This document shows positions 59,654-64,000 of a DNA stretch of 64,000 nucleotides, piece by piece. Numbering within the stretch: the first letter of the stretch is position 1; the number at the start of each line of letters is the position of its first letter. Location of the stretch: positions 74,733-138,732 of the forward strand of contig JAAOMT010000261.1 in NCBI GenBank assembly GCA_016748015.1. Direction: 5' to 3'. Under the pieces are notes generated by a model. The model did no database searches and was not told the origin of the DNA. It saw nothing but the letters and a program-made list of their open reading frames with translations. This stretch comes from Geosiphon pyriformis uo1 (lineage: Eukaryota > Fungi > Glomeromycota). The position numbers were made by a program, and so were the translations under genes.

Positions 59654-62600
59654 CTATGCATAATAAGATGGTGAAATCAACATGTCGGAGAGAAGCGACA
59701 ACTGATCATCAGTGAATTCCTTCATATCCTCATGCCATGAATCTTGATGGGTTCGTCGGAAATCGGCAAATGTCTTTTTAACAGTAGTCTAAATAAATGA
59801 AACAGAAAATTTATTATTAATTGTTATTCATCTCACACACGATAAAAAGATTTTGTAGGCAACTAAATTACAGACCTGAATAGGTACAGGATCTGATATA
59901 CAATCTGAAAGCAATACTAAAACCTCGGGAATCCACTTGGGGACTTCATATGGAAAAGCATCAATCAGGCATGAAAGCCCAAGCACAGCTGCATGGCGCT
60001 TTAAGACAGCTTCCGTGAACCCTAGCGGTAATGCAGCACGCGGAGCTTGGTCTGATCGCTGTCGTGATGGGATTTTTGTTTCCAGCAGTTTAGTGAATCG
60101 TTCCTGTATTACCGTATTTTCAAAGTTAGAGGAATGTTGTTTTCCTTTGGTTTAAAAAATACAAAATACTAACTTTCAGAGCCTTGATAGCATCCCTTTG
60201 CGAGCATCGAATTAAACCGGACAGAGTGACCGCAGCTAATTGTCGCACCTATCAGAAAAATGCGCTAAAAATCAATATTTGTGGCAAAATCAAGCGACGA
60301 AACAAGGAAGCAAACCTCAATTTGATTATCCAAGAGCATCCCAGATACTACATCCATAACTTTAATCATCTCTTCTTGACTCAGCATAAACAGATGTTTG
60401 AAGTAAAACACCTGTAGTACCGGCAAGGCTTTAACCTTGATGTGCCAACTACCTGACTCGAGTAATATCCCTACAATTTTATTCACCATGCCCGGCACCA
60501 GTCTTGGCGGATAAGTGAAGGAGGCGATCAAGCCCAACACGTGAGTTGCCACTGCTTGAAGATCTTGATCGTCATTAACGTCTTGCATCTGAAATATTTC
60601 AGAGAGCAGTGGGAGAATGAAAGGATAAGTCCCGGTTGCCTGCCAGCTGGATAGAGAATCGTATAACCAAGCAAGAACTAGCATTTAAGGCAAATTTGCG
60701 TGAGCTTGGCAAAATTTAAATAATTGACAATAGATCATCCTTACTCGTTTTGCCGGCATTCCCGTATTCTGAAGATCCAATAGCCGAAGGTGCCTTTTCG
60801 GCTCGCCAAGTTGCTAAAGATTTGGTAAGTTCCGTGAGAGTCGCTTGATACCTTTCTGGTAACTCTACTGGAATATTTCCTACGCCACCGGTTGAATTTC
60901 TGTTGCTTTCAAGCAACGCAGCCACACTCGGGGCGGAAGGATGCCATTGGATCTGAAATAGCATATTGATATTTGCGGCTAGAACATCACGTACTTGTTT
61001 ATATGGATGGCGTAGATTCGAAAGATAAACGTCCAATAGAGAATGTGAATGCGGTATCATCTGCCATGAAAAACAACTTAACAAGGTGTTTACGAAAAGC
61101 AACTTTTTGGCTTCGCCAAACGAAGCATGGGATGTTGGATCGAGGGTTGATCTAAAAATCAATTCGATTAAGGGAAGTACTCTTCGAGGATCACGGCTTC
61201 GCTAAATTGATTAAAATCTTTTTAGCTCAATACAATTAATTTAACAAAATGAGAAAGTTGACGACTTACGAAAGAATAGCTTAAAAATCTCTCCCAGTAT
61301 GTTAGAGAATCTGGAGTGATAGCATTAAATGTTTTTTCCAATAACGGAATCAACCACTCCCACATTGCTCTTAAAGTATTTTGGCGCCAATGTTTGCTGC
61401 CTCTGACAATTCCCGCTAAAATCTCTGCTGCTGCTCGCTGCTCATGCTTCTCTTCTGGTTTTTCACATAGTCTGGCAACCTCAGGTTTGACGATTTCCAG
61501 AAATTGATCTTCATACATTTGGAATATACTCTTGAATAAATGCCCATTAGGAATTGAGAATTTATCCTCTCGATCACGCGAAGATTCTTGAGAAAGATAG
61601 GATGTCAAAGAGCCCCAGAATTGGGGGTCAGAAAAAGACTCGAGAAATTTGTTGTAGGCTGCCTCGGAAGCAGGATCTATGCGTGGCATGGCTTCAGTTC
61701 GAGGGATGTATACTTCATACTTGTCCGGCCAGGCAAACCATCCGAGGTTCATTTTATCTTGTAAATAACTGCAAACAGGATAAAAATTGTTTACCATAAA
61801 ATTTAGATGTGATGAAAGCTCAATAAACCCAATCCGAGTATAACAATAAGAATGCTAAAACCAACACATTATCTGAATTATTCTCGTCGATTGGTCTCAA
61901 TCTTGATAATATATATTCCTCTGTGAATTCCTGTGTTAAAGGTCTTGGTGTTTCAACGGTCCTCTTTAATGGGTTTTCTTCTTTAGTCATATAAATCAGC
62001 TCCGGATCTCCTGGTGTATAAGTTCTTTGTTTGATGTGCGCTAATATTCTTGTAGTTGTAGATATCGCGATACGCCTTAGTGCCGGGAGTTCGGAAACCA
62101 AACCCTTTGTGGCAAATTCGACTATTTCTGTGGTGGGGGCAGCCTCCACTCTTTCCAAGACATCGATGAAATTAGCTGCCATAGATGCAAAGCGCCAGTG
62201 TAGTGTGTTTGATTTTACTAGGGATAAAAGAGTATCAACCTGAAAATTGAATAGGACGAATGTCAATATGGACGGGTTTCAATTTACCGAAATGTCTCAA
62301 TGTTGAGCCAGTTTACAGGTCCCGACTCACCAGTCGATAATAACTGTCTTTCTCGAACTGTATTCGTTTCTCGATTTTACATTTGAGACTTTGATGTTCA
62401 TCTTCGTCAGTTGATATCGATAGTTGAATTAGGGTGTTATTGATTGCAGCGGTCAATCCTTCACTAGTTATTAATTTGAACGCTGTATTGCTGTAGTTTG
62501 TGAGATAATCATAAAACACTTTTCTTATTAATTCCTGCACAGATGGCTAGAAATGATAGATTAAGGGGACAAGAATTACCTCCGATAAATAAGCAAGAAT

Positions 62601-64000
62601 AAAATTTGGCAATGGAAAAGTACAAAGAATTCAGCACAAACGCTTCTTTATTTGACTCACCTTATCCTCATGCTGAGCCTCGCAAATGCGGGTTATATAC
62701 GTAGGGACAAATCGCCAATCTTTCAAGCAGGTGTCCATCAATGTTCGGCTATGAAGCAAATATAGGGCCCCTTTCATTCTTTCAGGATTTGGCTTCTCTG
62801 CTAATAAAGAGAGCGTGATAAAACTCATCGATTTAAACCTGCGATAAAAAATATTAGAAGAAAATTTACCTTGAACCTCCAAAGCTTTCAATAATATTGG
62901 AATGATAAGGGGCTTAGCCCCCAGAAAACATCTTACTGCACTTGCTAGATAACTTTGTGCTATTCTGAAAGAACAGCAAGATCATGAGGGTTTTTAAAAA
63001 CAATTAGAAACGTGGAAAGGCAAACGACAAATTCTCACTTTCTAATTTCCGAATAAGAGCTCAGCGATAGCTCAACCAAATCTTTCAATAAATCATCATG
63101 CAAACTAGTTCGCGCGCGAAAGAATGCATTTTGTTTAAGGCGACACAAATGCTGCTGATAAGCCCGTTTCACTATAAAATATATTATAATGAGCTAAAGG
63201 TTGATTGAAAGACCGTAGGCGAAAAACGAGAAATTTTTCTACCAAGCAAATATCTAGGATATCTTTTATCCCCGCGTGAAGTTTTTAGCATTCCTTTAGC
63301 ATATTGATACCCGCGTTTGCTTCCATCATATTTTCCTTTCTCGACCCCACGATCAGTTAAGTAGGTTTTAGCCATCTAAAAATCGAGCAAATGTTAATGA
63401 GTGGCTAAATGAGAATAGCTATTTTGTAGTTAAAATACCTTAAGAATAATCTTGATGCTTTCTATGTCGTCCTCTCGAGAAGCTTGAAAATAGACGAAAA
63501 GCTCATGGAGAAATTCCCCGATACGCTTACGCAACTGTCGAACAACTTCTCTACGTGGGTCGTTGGGATTAGTGAGACAATATCCAGCCAATAAAGCTGA
63601 ATTTGCAATAATATGGAACGGTTCATTTTCTTGATTGCTGGAGAACGATGAATATTTTAGTTATAAATATGAAAATTTAGAATGCACAACAATCTTAAGT
63701 TACCTATAATCTGAAATGGAAATATCACCATCATCTTCGACTAAAGTTGTCGTGCCATGTAAACAATTTCGAATAACACTAAGTTGGCGACAAAACTCTA
63801 CAGATATTTCACGATTGCTCAAAGATTTCCCATTCTTGTCGGTCCCTGTGGCTATAAGGTTTTGGCACGTTTCAATAGCTGGCTGTAAAAATAAATTCAA
63901 TAACTCTAAAGCAAAATCGATTTCTGGATCAGTTGGAACGTGCCAATTGATCTTTAAATTGTCCTTATCGCCAGGCTCTACCCAGTATTTGTGATGATTT
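59654..64000 (-). CDS. BLM10: Proteasome activator Blm10/PA200 (PSME4), 3' part; 5' end lies beyond the window
   Basis: [74 protein letters not shown] and the C-terminal ISPSYYA* (HbYX-type) motif. Many GT-AG introns. Confidence 0.95.

Overview
Eukaryotic (fungal) genomic DNA. The genes have short GT-AG introns. The TBP, Blm10 and bL35m sequences and the repeat families point to an early-diverging fungus, probably Glomeromycota/Mucoromycota (inference). Two AT-rich, almost CpG-free blocks of decayed transposons (about 1-16100 and 20050-41550) flank a single-gene island encoding a CLASP/Stu1-like protein. A gene-dense block follows: a DH-PH-FYVE-FYVE RhoGEF, TBP, a Tpr/Mlp-like coiled-coil protein, mitochondrial bL35 and the 3' part of Blm10/PA200. 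The transposon blocks resolve into nests with readable TSDs. An RNase H-bearing LINE contains a hAT element, which contains a full-length Ty3/Gypsy element with a Cys-rich domain, a dUTPase and an extra 3' ORF. A second, multi-level Gypsy nest lies at the left end. The most notable observations are: (i) repeat-restricted, transition-only (C>T/G>A) hypermutation in many dinucleotide contexts, resembling RIP; (ii) an ORF1-only non-autonomous retroelement family that shares a 3' stem-loop/tail with the LINE; (iii) the dUTPase/Cys-rich Gypsy architecture with interchangeable U3 repeat arrays; (iv) a candidate ~230-nt structured RNA downstream of TBP. All alignments were made by eye, and boundaries in decayed regions are approximate.
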